IMG/VR virus record: IMGVR_UViG_3300035682_000032
Span: 649-64,648 of that record
Length of the DNA stretch: 64,000 bases
Strand: one strand, 5' to 3'
Source of the DNA: a virus
Lineage: Duplodnaviria > Caudoviricetes
The notes under the pieces: model-generated
Database searches by the model: none
The model's input: only the letters and a program-made list of their open reading frames with translations
What the model was told of the DNA's origin: nothing
Part shown: piece by piece, positions 19,143 to 28,024 of the stretch
How the letters are laid out: every line of letters starts with the position of its first letter
Numbering within the stretch: position 1 is the first letter of the stretch
Made by a program: the position numbers and the translations under genes

Positions 19143-19826
19143 TTAATCGTTCCTTCCGTTGTGTTGGCATGATAAAACAACACAGTGCCTCTTGCAAAGC
19201 CCTGATGTGCGGGGGTTCCATACGTTGGTCTCGTAAGCTCTTTTCATGCGTCCGTGGTCGCGTAGCCACTTCTCCCACAGCTTGGGCTCGTCTACGGCTC
19301 GGTCGTAGCTCGCCTTGGGGAACTGCTTGGCAATGACAAACAACAGCCCACCCTTGACACGCTTGACCTCGGGGAAATGCTTGAACACGGCAAGTGCCAT
19401 CAACTCAAGCTGTCCGGTGTCGGCGTACTTGGCACTCTTGCCTGTCTTGTAATCCACCACCCGTGCCGTGCCATCGTCCTCGATGATGATCAGGTCAGCG
19501 ATGCCCCGCCACCACACGTTGGGGTCTTTGAAACCGCACGGCTGTAAGTCCTCGGTCAGCCCCATCTCGTACTCACACAGCTTCCGGCCAGCACGCTGTT
19601 TGAGGTTATCCAATGAACTCTTAGCGTACGAGAACTGAGGGGGCAGGGGTGTGTCGTCGCGTATGTAGAACTCAGCCGCCTCGTGAAAGGCGGTGCCGTA
19701 AATCAGGTGCTCTGCACCCTGATCTTCTTGGAAGTCTTTGACAACCTTCAAGTGGTAGAACTTCTTTGGGCACTGCTCAAAGGTCTTGATGGACGAGAAC
19801 GACCATGCGGGTATTTTTACTGTCAT
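19143..19826 (-). CDS. PD-(D/E)XK exonuclease (Cas4/RecB-like)
   Basis: WSFS...CP, GTAFH, GIADL, VVDYKTG, QLELMA, C-terminal CxxxC. Confidence 0.85.
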   Translation of the reverse strand: MTVKIPAWSFSSIKTFEQCPKKFYHLKVVKDFQEDQGAEHLIYGTAFHEAAEFYIRDDTPLPPQFSYAKSSLDNLKQRAGRKLCEYEMGLTEDLQPCGFKDPNVWWRGIADLIIIEDDGTARVVDYKTGKSAKYADTGQLELMALAVFKHFPEVKRVKGGLLFVIAKQFPKASYDRAVDEPKLWEKWLRDHGRMKRAYETNVWNPRTSGLCKRHCVVLSCQHNGRND

Positions 19827-20056
19827 TGCATCTTTCCTCGCATTGCGGCTACCTGCGCATTTTGTTGTTCCATTAAGTAATCCCGTTGCTTGCTTGCAAG
19901 TTCGTACATGGCGTGTAAGGTTTCAATTTGGCCTTGCAACTTTGCACGCTCGGCAGAAGCGACAAGGGCGGCAAAGCGTCTAAGTCCTCCATGTTCACCA
20001 TCCATACCAACAAATCCAGCTTCTTGCGCCATGCGGGTAATTTCTTCTCTGTTCAT
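19823..20056 (-). CDS. hypothetical protein
   Basis: ATGA-coupled small ORF (MAQEAG...RFAALVASAER). Confidence 0.6.
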   Translation of the reverse strand: MNREEITRMAQEAGFVGMDGEHGGLRRFAALVASAERAKLQGQIETLHAMYELASKQRDYLMEQQNAQVAAMRGKMQ

Positions 20057-20241
20057 TTCTTCATGTTCCTCACGAATATCGCAAACGATGCGGCGGTGTC
20101 CCCAAAGGGCATCTTGTCAAACTCTTTGGCGACTTCTTCCAGTGTGGCGTTGCGTAAGTTACGTTCGTAATCGTGCTCTCGTGCCATCGCCTTCTGCCTT
20201 GTGCTTACGTAGTCTTGGATGTCGTCATCGTCGTTGATCAT
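20053..20241 (-). CDS. hypothetical protein
   Basis: Coupled small ORF (RNATLEEVA...FAIFVRNMK). Confidence 0.6.
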   Translation of the reverse strand: MINDDDDIQDYVSTRQKAMAREHDYERNLRNATLEEVAKEFDKMPFGDTAASFAIFVRNMKK

Positions 20242-20762
20242 GGTTGGCTACTCCAAGGTGTGAGAGGTTGCAAGGGTGTTACGGCTTGCTTGGCTACCTG
20301 TGCGTTTTCCCACATTTCTTTTTGAATGGGCTCAAGCGGCTCCTGTATTTCACGTACCCGTTGTAAGCAAGTCAGGATGGCAAGTTTCTCTGCGTCCTCG
20401 TACAGTGCGCCGGTGGACTCGTGTAGTAGCGCATCCATCACCTCCTTGAGCACGGAACGCTTGTCTTCCAACACCCGTTGGTTAAACGTCTTACGCGCCC
20501 ACTCGATGAACACTTGAGCCGATGTGTCGGCTTGCCCGTCGAACTTCATCTCGTCGCCGTTAAAGTCAAAGCGTCCGATCTCCTTGCCGCTCGGCCCATG
20601 GAATACGATGTTATGGTTCTGTTTCTGCGCCCCGATCTGCACTGAGTTGAGCGTTTGATTTGCCGTGTTGTTCATGGTGTATGAATACGCATCGTAGGCG
20701 TGGTCAACGCCAAGGGTGGTGCTTGTACCTGCGATATTCGCTGTTCCTTTTATCGTGCTCAT
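20238..20762 (-). CDS. hypothetical protein
   Basis: Start overlaps the polymerase stop codon. Confidence 0.6.
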   Translation of the reverse strand: MSTIKGTANIAGTSTTLGVDHAYDAYSYTMNNTANQTLNSVQIGAQKQNHNIVFHGPSGKEIGRFDFNGDEMKFDGQADTSAQVFIEWARKTFNQRVLEDKRSVLKEVMDALLHESTGALYEDAEKLAILTCLQRVREIQEPLEPIQKEMWENAQVAKQAVTPLQPLTPWSSQP

Positions 20763-22588
20763 CAGCAGTCTCCATAAGATTTACCACTGCCTGACTCACA
20801 GTTCACAGGCAGACCCTTTGCCCACTCGGGCACCCATCGCATGCACTCCTCAACATACTGCGTTGCGGGTACAACCTCAATATCTGGTACGCACACAGCA
20901 ATCGCGTCATGCACAGTCAGCACAACCTTGTAACGCTTACCGATCTTGAGCATCTGCTCAGCGATGATGCAACGTGCGATGGCTTGGCATACGTTCTCGA
21001 TCACCTTGCCGCCGTAGATACGGGTGCGACCCTTGCGTGTCTTGTAGTGGAACTCAATACCCTTGTCGGTTTGGTCAAACTTCAAGTCGTCGTAGCGCAT
21101 CAGCAGACCCGAGGGCAAGCGGATGGCTGTCTCTTTGGGTGCCACTTCAAGCACACCCCGGATACCAAGAGGTGCGGGTTCACCGCGTGACATGTTTACA
21201 AGAGCGTTCTGAGCCTGTCGCCACAGCCTGACCACGGCATCGTTGGTGCGTCGATAAATATCAATGATGCGCCGTGCTTCGTTAACGTCCACATCCACAC
21301 CCATGTTCTTGAGTTGGGCTTGGAACTTCACAGCACCCATGCCATACCCCGCGCCAAGGATTGTGGTCTTACCCACGAACCGCTCGTCTTTGGTGATCTC
21401 GAACTCAGGCTTGCCGTAGATAGCCGAGGCCATCTTCTTGTACACGTCCTTGCCCTCAGCAAAAGCTGTTACCAAGTCATCTTGCCCTGCCAACCATGCC
21501 AGCACCCGTGCTTCGATCTGTGCAGAGTCAGCGTCAATGATGGTGTAGCCATCGGGTGCAATGATTGACTTCTTGAGCTTGTTGGCGTTGTTGCCACGGC
21601 TTGGCAAGTTCTGCATGTTGATCTTGTCGTCGCCACCAAACCGTCCAGTGTGTGCGGCGTAGTAACGAATCGGCACAGGCAACTTGCCGCGCTTAGAGAT
21701 GTCAATGAACCGTTGGGTGCGTGTTTCCTCAAGCGTTGACTTGGTGCCCAAGCGGGCGGCGACAAGTGTCTGCACCCTGACATCTTCATGGTCAGCAAGG
21801 GCTTTGAACTCCTCGTCACTCTTGGCGAACGCATAGGTCTGCTTACCCGTGGCAGGGCTTGTCTTCATTGGGGGCTCGACGCCGAACGAACGGAGCAGTT
21901 CAGCAAACTTCTCATTGCTCATCAGTTCCGCCTTGTCCACACCCGAGGATGTCAGCAGGTCTTCCTTCATCTGCTTGATGCCAATGAGGTGTTGTTGCAA
22001 CATGTCGCCGTCCAACTCAAGCATGGGGTCGATGAACATGCGCAGGGTCTGATCAATCACACGCAACTCTTGCTTGGGAAAATCTTTTACCAAGATGTTG
22101 AACAGTTGATACGTAAGTTCCACATCGTTGATGCAGTAGTCACCATACCGTGCGAGTTCCTCGTCGCTGAAGTTCAGTCGTCTTTTGCCGAGGGCGTTAA
22201 CAACTTCTGTTCCTTTTTCCCCGAGCCCATACCGCTCAGTAAGAGCTTTAAGCGAACCCCCAACTTCCACGCCGTGAAGGGCACGGCCCATACACAGAGT
22301 GTCAAGCCAACCCCGAGGATTAATACCGAAACGCCAAGACAGGATAGCCCCGTCAAAAAGGGTGTTGTGCGCCAAGACAAACCCCCGCTCCCATTCAAAA
22401 TTGCTCTGAAGCCACTCTCTGATTTGTTGATGTGTTCCACTTGCCCACTCCGTTTCTTGGTTGTTAACTTTCACTGATACGCCAATGACTTCAAAGAGGT
22501 CAGAGCGTACGTATTCTTCGGTTGTGATCTTCGACAGCGAGAAGTCGCGGTCGTAGTACGTTTCAAAGTCAATTGTTATTAAGTTCAT
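20762..22588 (-). CDS. polA: DNA polymerase, family A, with 3'-5' exonuclease
   Basis: Exo I IDFET, AHNTLFD, YCINDV; HTGRFGG, NMQNLP; motif A DSAQIEAR, motif B RFVGKTTILGAGYG, motif C TVHD. Confidence 0.93.
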   Translation of the reverse strand: MNLITIDFETYYDRDFSLSKITTEEYVRSDLFEVIGVSVKVNNQETEWASGTHQQIREWLQSNFEWERGFVLAHNTLFDGAILSWRFGINPRGWLDTLCMGRALHGVEVGGSLKALTERYGLGEKGTEVVNALGKRRLNFSDEELARYGDYCINDVELTYQLFNILVKDFPKQELRVIDQTLRMFIDPMLELDGDMLQQHLIGIKQMKEDLLTSSGVDKAELMSNEKFAELLRSFGVEPPMKTSPATGKQTYAFAKSDEEFKALADHEDVRVQTLVAARLGTKSTLEETRTQRFIDISKRGKLPVPIRYYAAHTGRFGGDDKINMQNLPSRGNNANKLKKSIIAPDGYTIIDADSAQIEARVLAWLAGQDDLVTAFAEGKDVYKKMASAIYGKPEFEITKDERFVGKTTILGAGYGMGAVKFQAQLKNMGVDVDVNEARRIIDIYRRTNDAVVRLWRQAQNALVNMSRGEPAPLGIRGVLEVAPKETAIRLPSGLLMRYDDLKFDQTDKGIEFHYKTRKGRTRIYGGKVIENVCQAIARCIIAEQMLKIGKRYKVVLTVHDAIAVCVPDIEVVPATQYVEECMRWVPEWAKGLPVNCESGSGKSYGDC

Positions 22589-23072
22589 CTTGCACCTGTG
22601 TTGTCGGGAAATACGAGTTCATCACTTCGCGGTAATCAAATTCTTCGGTGAAGCAATCTTCGATGCTCACAAAGTCCAAGCCTGTCCGTACCACTGCATC
22701 GTTGTAGACAAACATGTGTGACGGCACTGACAGTCGGTTGTGCACAAAGTCATGCCCATCGAGCGTAGCTCTCCACACACCGCTTGTCTTGACCTTCTCC
22801 GAGTCGGGTGCACGTGACTGCACCAAACCCCAATACTTGAGGTGCCCAATAGAGTTCGAGCGCAACATGAACAGTGGCACGTTGTCACGTGTGTTGACCC
22901 ATCCGTTCTCTGCACCCGCTGATACGCTCACGAGCCACGCCAGTGAACGCGCCATGCCGCCAGTCAGTTTGACCTTGTTGACTTTACCCCACCGATCACA
23001 CACGGGGCAGTAGCCACCGTCTGATTCGATCATGTTGCGCCAGTTGTGACGCAATGTTGCTTCTTCTGTCAT
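22569..23072 (-). CDS. hypothetical protein (CxxC, possible winged helix)
   Basis: GGAG RBS; YCPVCDR and LKYWGLV. Confidence 0.6.
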   Translation of the reverse strand: MTEEATLRHNWRNMIESDGGYCPVCDRWGKVNKVKLTGGMARSLAWLVSVSAGAENGWVNTRDNVPLFMLRSNSIGHLKYWGLVQSRAPDSEKVKTSGVWRATLDGHDFVHNRLSVPSHMFVYNDAVVRTGLDFVSIEDCFTEEFDYREVMNSYFPTTQVQDELNNN

Positions 23073-23093
23073 CTTCGTTCTCCTGTTATGTTG

Positions 23094-23315
23094 TTAAGAG
23101 TTTTCTAACACTTCATTCAACTTCAGCATGTAGTGTCTGCACTTGTCAGCATCAGGGCTGTCTTTCTTGCCCTGCCTCATGCTGTACTTAATGATGTTGC
23201 CTTTGAGAAACCCAATGAATTCCTCTCGGGTCAACACTGACGCCATCACATGCCATGGTTGTACCTCCATAGTTTTGTAATGGTCGCCACCTGCTTGTAT
23301 TTCATCTGCGTTCAT
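23094..23315 (-). CDS. DUF3310/SaV-like protein
   Basis: QAGGDHY...FLKGNIIKYSMR...K...D..K..HY. Confidence 0.8.
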   Translation of the reverse strand: MNADEIQAGGDHYKTMEVQPWHVMASVLTREEFIGFLKGNIIKYSMRQGKKDSPDADKCRHYMLKLNEVLENS

Positions 23316-23497
23316 ATTAATGCCTCCTCGTATTCATCCAATGTTTGTATCTTGTGCTTGCGTCCCCACTTCGCCAACTCTTTCGGGCACACCGTCCCGA
23401 AAGGCCAACTTGGATACGGCAATGATGCGTTCCAGTGTGACTTTGAATCGTGCGTTGTCATCAAGTGCTCGGTCGAGTTCTTGTTGCAGTCGTTCAT
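23312..23497 (-). CDS. hypothetical protein overlapping the next ORF
   Basis: Stop is ATGA/ATAT-adjacent to the DUF3310 start; WPF...EEALI sequence. Confidence 0.4.
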   Translation of the reverse strand: MNDCNKNSTEHLMTTHDSKSHWNASLPYPSWPFGTVCPKELAKWGRKHKIQTLDEYEEALI

Positions 23498-23573
23498 TAC
23501 GTGCCCTCATCAATCTGTTTTCACTTTCTAATTCAGCGACCATAAGGTCAAGGTTTCTTTCATCATCTGTCAT
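23334..23573 (-). CDS. hypothetical coiled-coil protein
   Basis: ATGA-coupled to the upstream ORF; heptad pattern. Confidence 0.55.
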   Translation of the reverse strand: MTDDERNLDLMVAELESENRLMRARNERLQQELDRALDDNARFKVTLERIIAVSKLAFRDGVPERVGEVGTQAQDTNIG

Positions 23574-24043
23574 GGCTTCCTCTCCACAATAGGGCGCATC
23601 CTGCGCTGTTTATATTCCTCGTCCACGATCTTGAATGCACGTTCCATGTCCTTGACTGTGATCGCGTCCATCTGTGCATCGTGTAACTCCATCAGGGTGT
23701 TCAGGGCTCTCATCTCCTCAGACCGCAGGATAAACCGCCCACTCTCAGCGCCGCGCTTGCCTACTGCATGCAACGCATCAAGTCCTTTGTGCACCTCTGT
23801 TGCGTAGTCACGACCAAACCCCATGCGATACAACGCCTCCACAAAGTTGGCCATGGGTATCAGCGTATCCATGTCTTCACGTGTTGCCTTGCCTTGCGTC
23901 AGGTTGGTCATGGCCATGTGGTTCTTAATCTTCAGGTCGATTAAGAAGTTGTCGTGCTTCGCCACGGGGGTCATGCTCTCCATCACGTACGCGATTGGAT
24001 TCATGATCACCCCTTTGGGTCGGTACTTGCTACGTTTACGCAT
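23570..24043 (-). CDS. hypothetical protein
   Basis: 157-aa coupled ORF beginning MRKRSKYRPK. Confidence 0.65.
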   Translation of the reverse strand: MRKRSKYRPKGVIMNPIAYVMESMTPVAKHDNFLIDLKIKNHMAMTNLTQGKATREDMDTLIPMANFVEALYRMGFGRDYATEVHKGLDALHAVGKRGAESGRFILRSEEMRALNTLMELHDAQMDAITVKDMERAFKIVDEEYKQRRMRPIVERKP

Positions 24044-24333
24044 TACATCTCACCGAGTAGGTGTCGTACGTGGTCAATGTTGTCTTCGTTGATGACCATC
24101 GCAACGCCGCCCATGGCTTTGATGCTGTCTAAGTTCTTTTGCTGTAATGGTGTAGGCTTGTTCTTGCCAGCCTTGCATTCAATACCAAAGAACTTGCCGT
24201 GGTAGCACCCAACGATGTCAGGCACCCCACTGCCGCCGTACCCGCCAGTGACAGGGTAGAAATAATAGGCGCGGAGTTCTTTGAGAATCGCCACGACTTT
24301 CTTCTTGACTTTGACCTCGGGTGTATCAGCCAC
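24043..24333 (-). CDS. VRR-NUC domain nuclease (Holliday junction resolvase-like)
   Basis: PE..VK, SGVPDIV, GIECKAG, PTPLQ. Confidence 0.85.
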   Translation of the reverse strand: MADTPEVKVKKKVVAILKELRAYYFYPVTGGYGGSGVPDIVGCYHGKFFGIECKAGKNKPTPLQQKNLDSIKAMGGVAMVINEDNIDHVRHLLGEM

Positions 24334-24559
24334 GGCGCTTTCCTTTATCGCGTGTTGCTATTTCGTGCAACGCTTCCTCGATAAAGCCCATGTGATTGCC
24401 AGACCATGCGTCCCATGTTGCTGTGCGCTTTTGGTTGATGGTCAAGTCACCGTTGGGGCTGTGCCGTAGCAACTCCCCCATGTCTTTACAGCTTGCTGTA
24501 AATTTCTTCGGTGTCTCTTGGTCGGGGCAGATTGTGTATGTGTATGGAAGTTTAGCCAC
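24326..24559 (-). CDS. hypothetical protein
   Basis: Coupled small ORF. Confidence 0.5.
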   Translation of the reverse strand: MAKLPYTYTICPDQETPKKFTASCKDMGELLRHSPNGDLTINQKRTATWDAWSGNHMGFIEEALHEIATRDKGKRRG

Positions 24560-24926
24560 GGAACCACCCCTTGATACGTTGCCACAGAGTAGGCGGCTCG
24601 ACCATGGTGATGGGCAAGTGTCGGTCTTCCCACTCGCTTGCTTGTGGGTACACGTTTTGTGCGGGGTTGATCACGGGGGTCGGGGGCATTGATGCCAGTT
24701 CCCCTGCCCTGATCTTGCGCGTACGCTTCTTAGGCGGCACACCGATGCCGTTCGTAGGATTCGGCAGTTCACCAATCGAGCCAAGGCCACGTGCCTTGTT
24801 GATTTGGTATCGGATGTTATACACAGCTTGCGGTTTGCATTTGATCTTTTCGATAATGGCTTTGTTGTTGTAGCCGCTATCAATCAGTGAGCGAATGCGC
24901 TGTGATGTGCTTGGTTTCTTTCTCAT
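24552..24926 (-). CDS. hypothetical HTH-like protein
   Basis: IRSLIDSGYNNKAIIEKIKCKPQAVYNIRY; AGGA RBS. Confidence 0.55.
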   Translation of the reverse strand: MRKKPSTSQRIRSLIDSGYNNKAIIEKIKCKPQAVYNIRYQINKARGLGSIGELPNPTNGIGVPPKKRTRKIRAGELASMPPTPVINPAQNVYPQASEWEDRHLPITMVEPPTLWQRIKGWFRG

Positions 24927-24974
24927 CTTCGTTTCCTTTTAAAGTTAGGTACGTGAAGCGCACGTACCAACGCA

Positions 24975-25451
24975 TCAAGATGTAGTCTCGGGTGCGTACA
25001 CCCAATAAACATGACTTGATATTCGACGACCGACACCCGCCACTTCTTGTGTTGGCGGTATACCACTCGTAATCATTAACACAGCAAGACGTTCCTTTAC
25101 CCATTCAGGTAGATCGTCCGTCCGATCATAGTGACCGTTGATGCCTGAGTCAATACTTGAAAGACCGAAACAGATAATATCTATCCCGTCGGGAAAGACG
25201 CTCACACGGTATACGTTGTCATCGTGCATCTCTACATCTACCATGCTCATCCGCCCTGCGTTTGCGTGTTGTACGTCATACTTCATCACCGTTCGTATTG
25301 CAACGGCTTGATCTTCAGGGAGTATGTCTCCATCCAGTATCCTACGTACTGTCTTGTCAGGCGGCTCGACTGTCTGCCAACCCAAGTCTGCGCGTGGGTC
25401 AGTCCACCCCACGCTGTACCGCTCGGTTGCTTTGTAGATCAGCTTGCTCAT
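24975..25451 (-). CDS. hypothetical protein
   Basis: ATGA-coupled. C-terminal DLPEWVKERLAVL...VAGVGRRIS..YWV resembles the C-terminus of the upstream gene. Confidence 0.6.
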   Translation of the reverse strand: MSKLIYKATERYSVGWTDPRADLGWQTVEPPDKTVRRILDGDILPEDQAVAIRTVMKYDVQHANAGRMSMVDVEMHDDNVYRVSVFPDGIDIICFGLSSIDSGINGHYDRTDDLPEWVKERLAVLMITSGIPPTQEVAGVGRRISSHVYWVYAPETTS

Positions 25452-26398
25452 CGTTGCACCCAAAAGGTTGCGCTGTCAATACGCAAGCCTACGCTGTCTA
25501 CGTAGTGATTATCCTCCACCATACTCAATGCGGCGAGGCACCCACCGATGTGCTCGGGCAACTCCTCCATCTTGTATGTCACCACAGGCATGTGGGTATC
25601 AAGGCGCGAACGCTTGTTGGCATCCAATACCTCGATCACGTCACACACCATCTCTTCGCGGTGTATACGGACACCCACGTAGTACGCATGCAGGGCACGA
25701 CCTTTACTTGCTTGGTCTTCATGGTACTTCTCGCGCCACTTGACGATCTTCTCGCGGAACTCCTCGGACAAGAACTCGTAGCCCACGTCGAGCATGTGGA
25801 ACAACTCATTGCGCAGGTGCGCTGATTCGATCACGCCACCACGCGCTTGGTACATCTCAGTTGTTACACCTTGCACAACCGATGAGAACCGATTGCGAAC
25901 TTCGTCGAACGTCATACCGGCACACTCGATGGGTGAGTACGGGCGCATGTACTTCTTTACGTTCTTCATCGCACGTTCGATGTTCTCCGCCGTTGCCATG
26001 TGATACTGATCGCTGTCCTCACGGAACTTCTCGTTCTTGATCATCCGTGCATACACCATGTACTTGTTGTCACCACCACCCTTCACAGAGTAGTCACCGT
26101 ACCCGACCTTCATCGTGGCGTAGGTGTGCCCGTCCATGTACGCATAGAGTTCTTGCATCTTGTTGAAGCCGTTGCCCCAACTGTGCTTGATCTTCCTACA
26201 TACACCGAACTTCACATGGCGATTGACCTTGCGTACCTCAGCACAGAACTGTACCAACTCGGGCACCACAGGGATGCCGTCCACCATGTGCATGGGCGGG
26301 TCGCCGTCATTGACTGTCACAACATTCTCAGCCAAGCGGGTCAGCAAAGCCTTGGTCTTCTTCTCTATATCATCTACTCGTGTGTGGTCGTAGCTCAT
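25448..26398 (-). CDS. hypothetical protein
   Basis: 316-aa ORF, AAGGAG RBS; ends ELPEHIGGCLAAL...VDSVGLRID..FWV. Confidence 0.65.
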   Translation of the reverse strand: MSYDHTRVDDIEKKTKALLTRLAENVVTVNDGDPPMHMVDGIPVVPELVQFCAEVRKVNRHVKFGVCRKIKHSWGNGFNKMQELYAYMDGHTYATMKVGYGDYSVKGGGDNKYMVYARMIKNEKFREDSDQYHMATAENIERAMKNVKKYMRPYSPIECAGMTFDEVRNRFSSVVQGVTTEMYQARGGVIESAHLRNELFHMLDVGYEFLSEEFREKIVKWREKYHEDQASKGRALHAYYVGVRIHREEMVCDVIEVLDANKRSRLDTHMPVVTYKMEELPEHIGGCLAALSMVEDNHYVDSVGLRIDSATFWVQR

Positions 26399-26682
26399 GG
26401 TTGCTCCTTCGTTACTTTCATTATGTTGATATGCTTGATCTGATCGGCCATCACAAGGATGCCGCTCTCGTCGTTGGTCAGGGTCAGTGAACCGTACTTC
26501 TTTATGTCATCGCACAGGTCATGCAGATTGCGCGGGTTGATCTTGATCATGATCTCTTGCGTAGTGCCATCTTTCAATGTGACTTGCACGAGTGAGTACG
26601 GCGTGCTGTTATACATCTCTTGCTCAAGGATGCCCAATGCGTGTTGTGTTATTTGTGGTGCTGTCAGTATTGATTTGGCCAT
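26395..26682 (-). CDS. hypothetical protein
   Basis: AAGGAGG RBS. Confidence 0.6.
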   Translation of the reverse strand: MAKSILTAPQITQHALGILEQEMYNSTPYSLVQVTLKDGTTQEIMIKINPRNLHDLCDDIKKYGSLTLTNDESGILVMADQIKHINIMKVTKEQP

Positions 26683-26683
26683 C

Positions 26684-27619
26684 TCACACCTCCTTCGTTT
26701 CGTACATGCCCAATGCTTTGTTCATCAGGCGGTTATATGCTGACCTGATCTTCATCAAGTCTTCCTTGCTCTCGATGACGCGCTTGCCACCGATGTCATC
26801 AATGACCAATGCCATGAGCGGGACACGCAGGGGATGATCTTCTTGCTCCACGATGTATCGAACCAGTGCGCTCGGTAGCTGATTGATACCACCGTATGAC
26901 GGAGCATCAAAGCCATTCTCTTTGCACCATTCGGTGATGACTTGTCTGTACTCATGGCGTCCGTTCCACGTGGTGTCGATCATGGGTGCCAACGCCGCCG
27001 CTTGCGTATAGAACGCATCAATGCTTGCCTTCCATTGTTTCTTGAGTTCTTTGTCCACAGTTGTTACCTCTACTTTGAATGCGTCACCAACACGTGTAAA
27101 CGTGTCATCCTCATTGACCCGAAACTTCAGGCGTTTGCCGTCATCACGACCCGCTTCCTTGAGTTGGTAGTCCCACTTGTAATCAGTCTTGGGCAAGGGA
27201 AAGTCCTCGTACCCATTCGCTGTCTTGGCACGTACCCAATGCTTACCCTGTTGGTTGTACCCAAAGCCCATGTTGATAGGCAGGTGCCACCGCAAGAACT
27301 GAAACCGTGAGAACGGAACGGAACCCTTCACACCGTTGCGCACATAGATGTAATCGCCATCAGCTTCACGCTTCCACATGATCGGTGCCATGTCTTGTTC
27401 GTACTGTGCATCACCCCGCCCGTTGTTATTGAACAGGGTCGAACCGTAGTACCCGTCGAGTAACAGGTAGGTCTCGTCGTCCACCTTGCGGATGCGCTCC
27501 CACTTGCGGTTACGCTGACCGATGGGTCGGATGTTGTCTGCGGCTGTGTGATGCTTACTCACCACAGGCTTGGTCTGTTCGTACCATGCCACCACACTGT
27601 TGAATGTATTGAATCTCAT
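26684..27619 (-). CDS. hypothetical protein
   Basis: 311-aa ORF with AAGGA RBS. Confidence 0.65.
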   Translation of the reverse strand: MRFNTFNSVVAWYEQTKPVVSKHHTAADNIRPIGQRNRKWERIRKVDDETYLLLDGYYGSTLFNNNGRGDAQYEQDMAPIMWKREADGDYIYVRNGVKGSVPFSRFQFLRWHLPINMGFGYNQQGKHWVRAKTANGYEDFPLPKTDYKWDYQLKEAGRDDGKRLKFRVNEDDTFTRVGDAFKVEVTTVDKELKKQWKASIDAFYTQAAALAPMIDTTWNGRHEYRQVITEWCKENGFDAPSYGGINQLPSALVRYIVEQEDHPLRVPLMALVIDDIGGKRVIESKEDLMKIRSAYNRLMNKALGMYETKEV

Positions 27620-27643
27620 CTTCGTTTTCCTTTTATGGTTTAG

Positions 27644-27841
27644 TTAAGCGCGTCTGTTCCACAGTCGCACTGCTTCGTCACGTGTACGCCCCATGCACTC
27701 GATAGGTTTAAGCACAGGCTTGCCCCCATCTTTGCACCAGTGCAGTACCGATACAGAGAACACACCCGATGTTGAGTTGCGCTCACGTATTTCTACCTCG
27801 TGCCCACCACAGAATGGGCACGGTTTCATCTCATTGCTCAT
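27644..27841 (-). CDS. Lar-like restriction alleviation protein
   Basis: MKPCPFCGG...EAVRLWNRRA. Confidence 0.75.
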   Translation of the reverse strand: MSNEMKPCPFCGGHEVEIRERNSTSGVFSVSVLHWCKDGGKPVLKPIECMGRTRDEAVRLWNRRA

Positions 27842-28023
27842 GACTGACTCCTCACGAATTCCTTGTGCGCATTGAGCACTTGCTCACGCACACTCTCGTT
27901 CTCGATGAACGCCACCATCATGCGTTTGCACATGCGGGTCTCGTCCTTGTATTTGAATGCCGCCGCAGTTGCAAGTACCGCCCATGCAAGCAACACCCCT
28001 TCGATAAAAGTAATCTCAATCAT
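27838..28023 (-). CDS. small membrane-anchored hypothetical protein
   Basis: GAGGA RBS, one hydrophobic segment. Confidence 0.5.
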   Translation of the reverse strand: MIEITFIEGVLLAWAVLATAAAFKYKDETRMCKRMMVAFIENESVREQVLNAHKEFVRSQS

Positions 28024-28024
28024 C

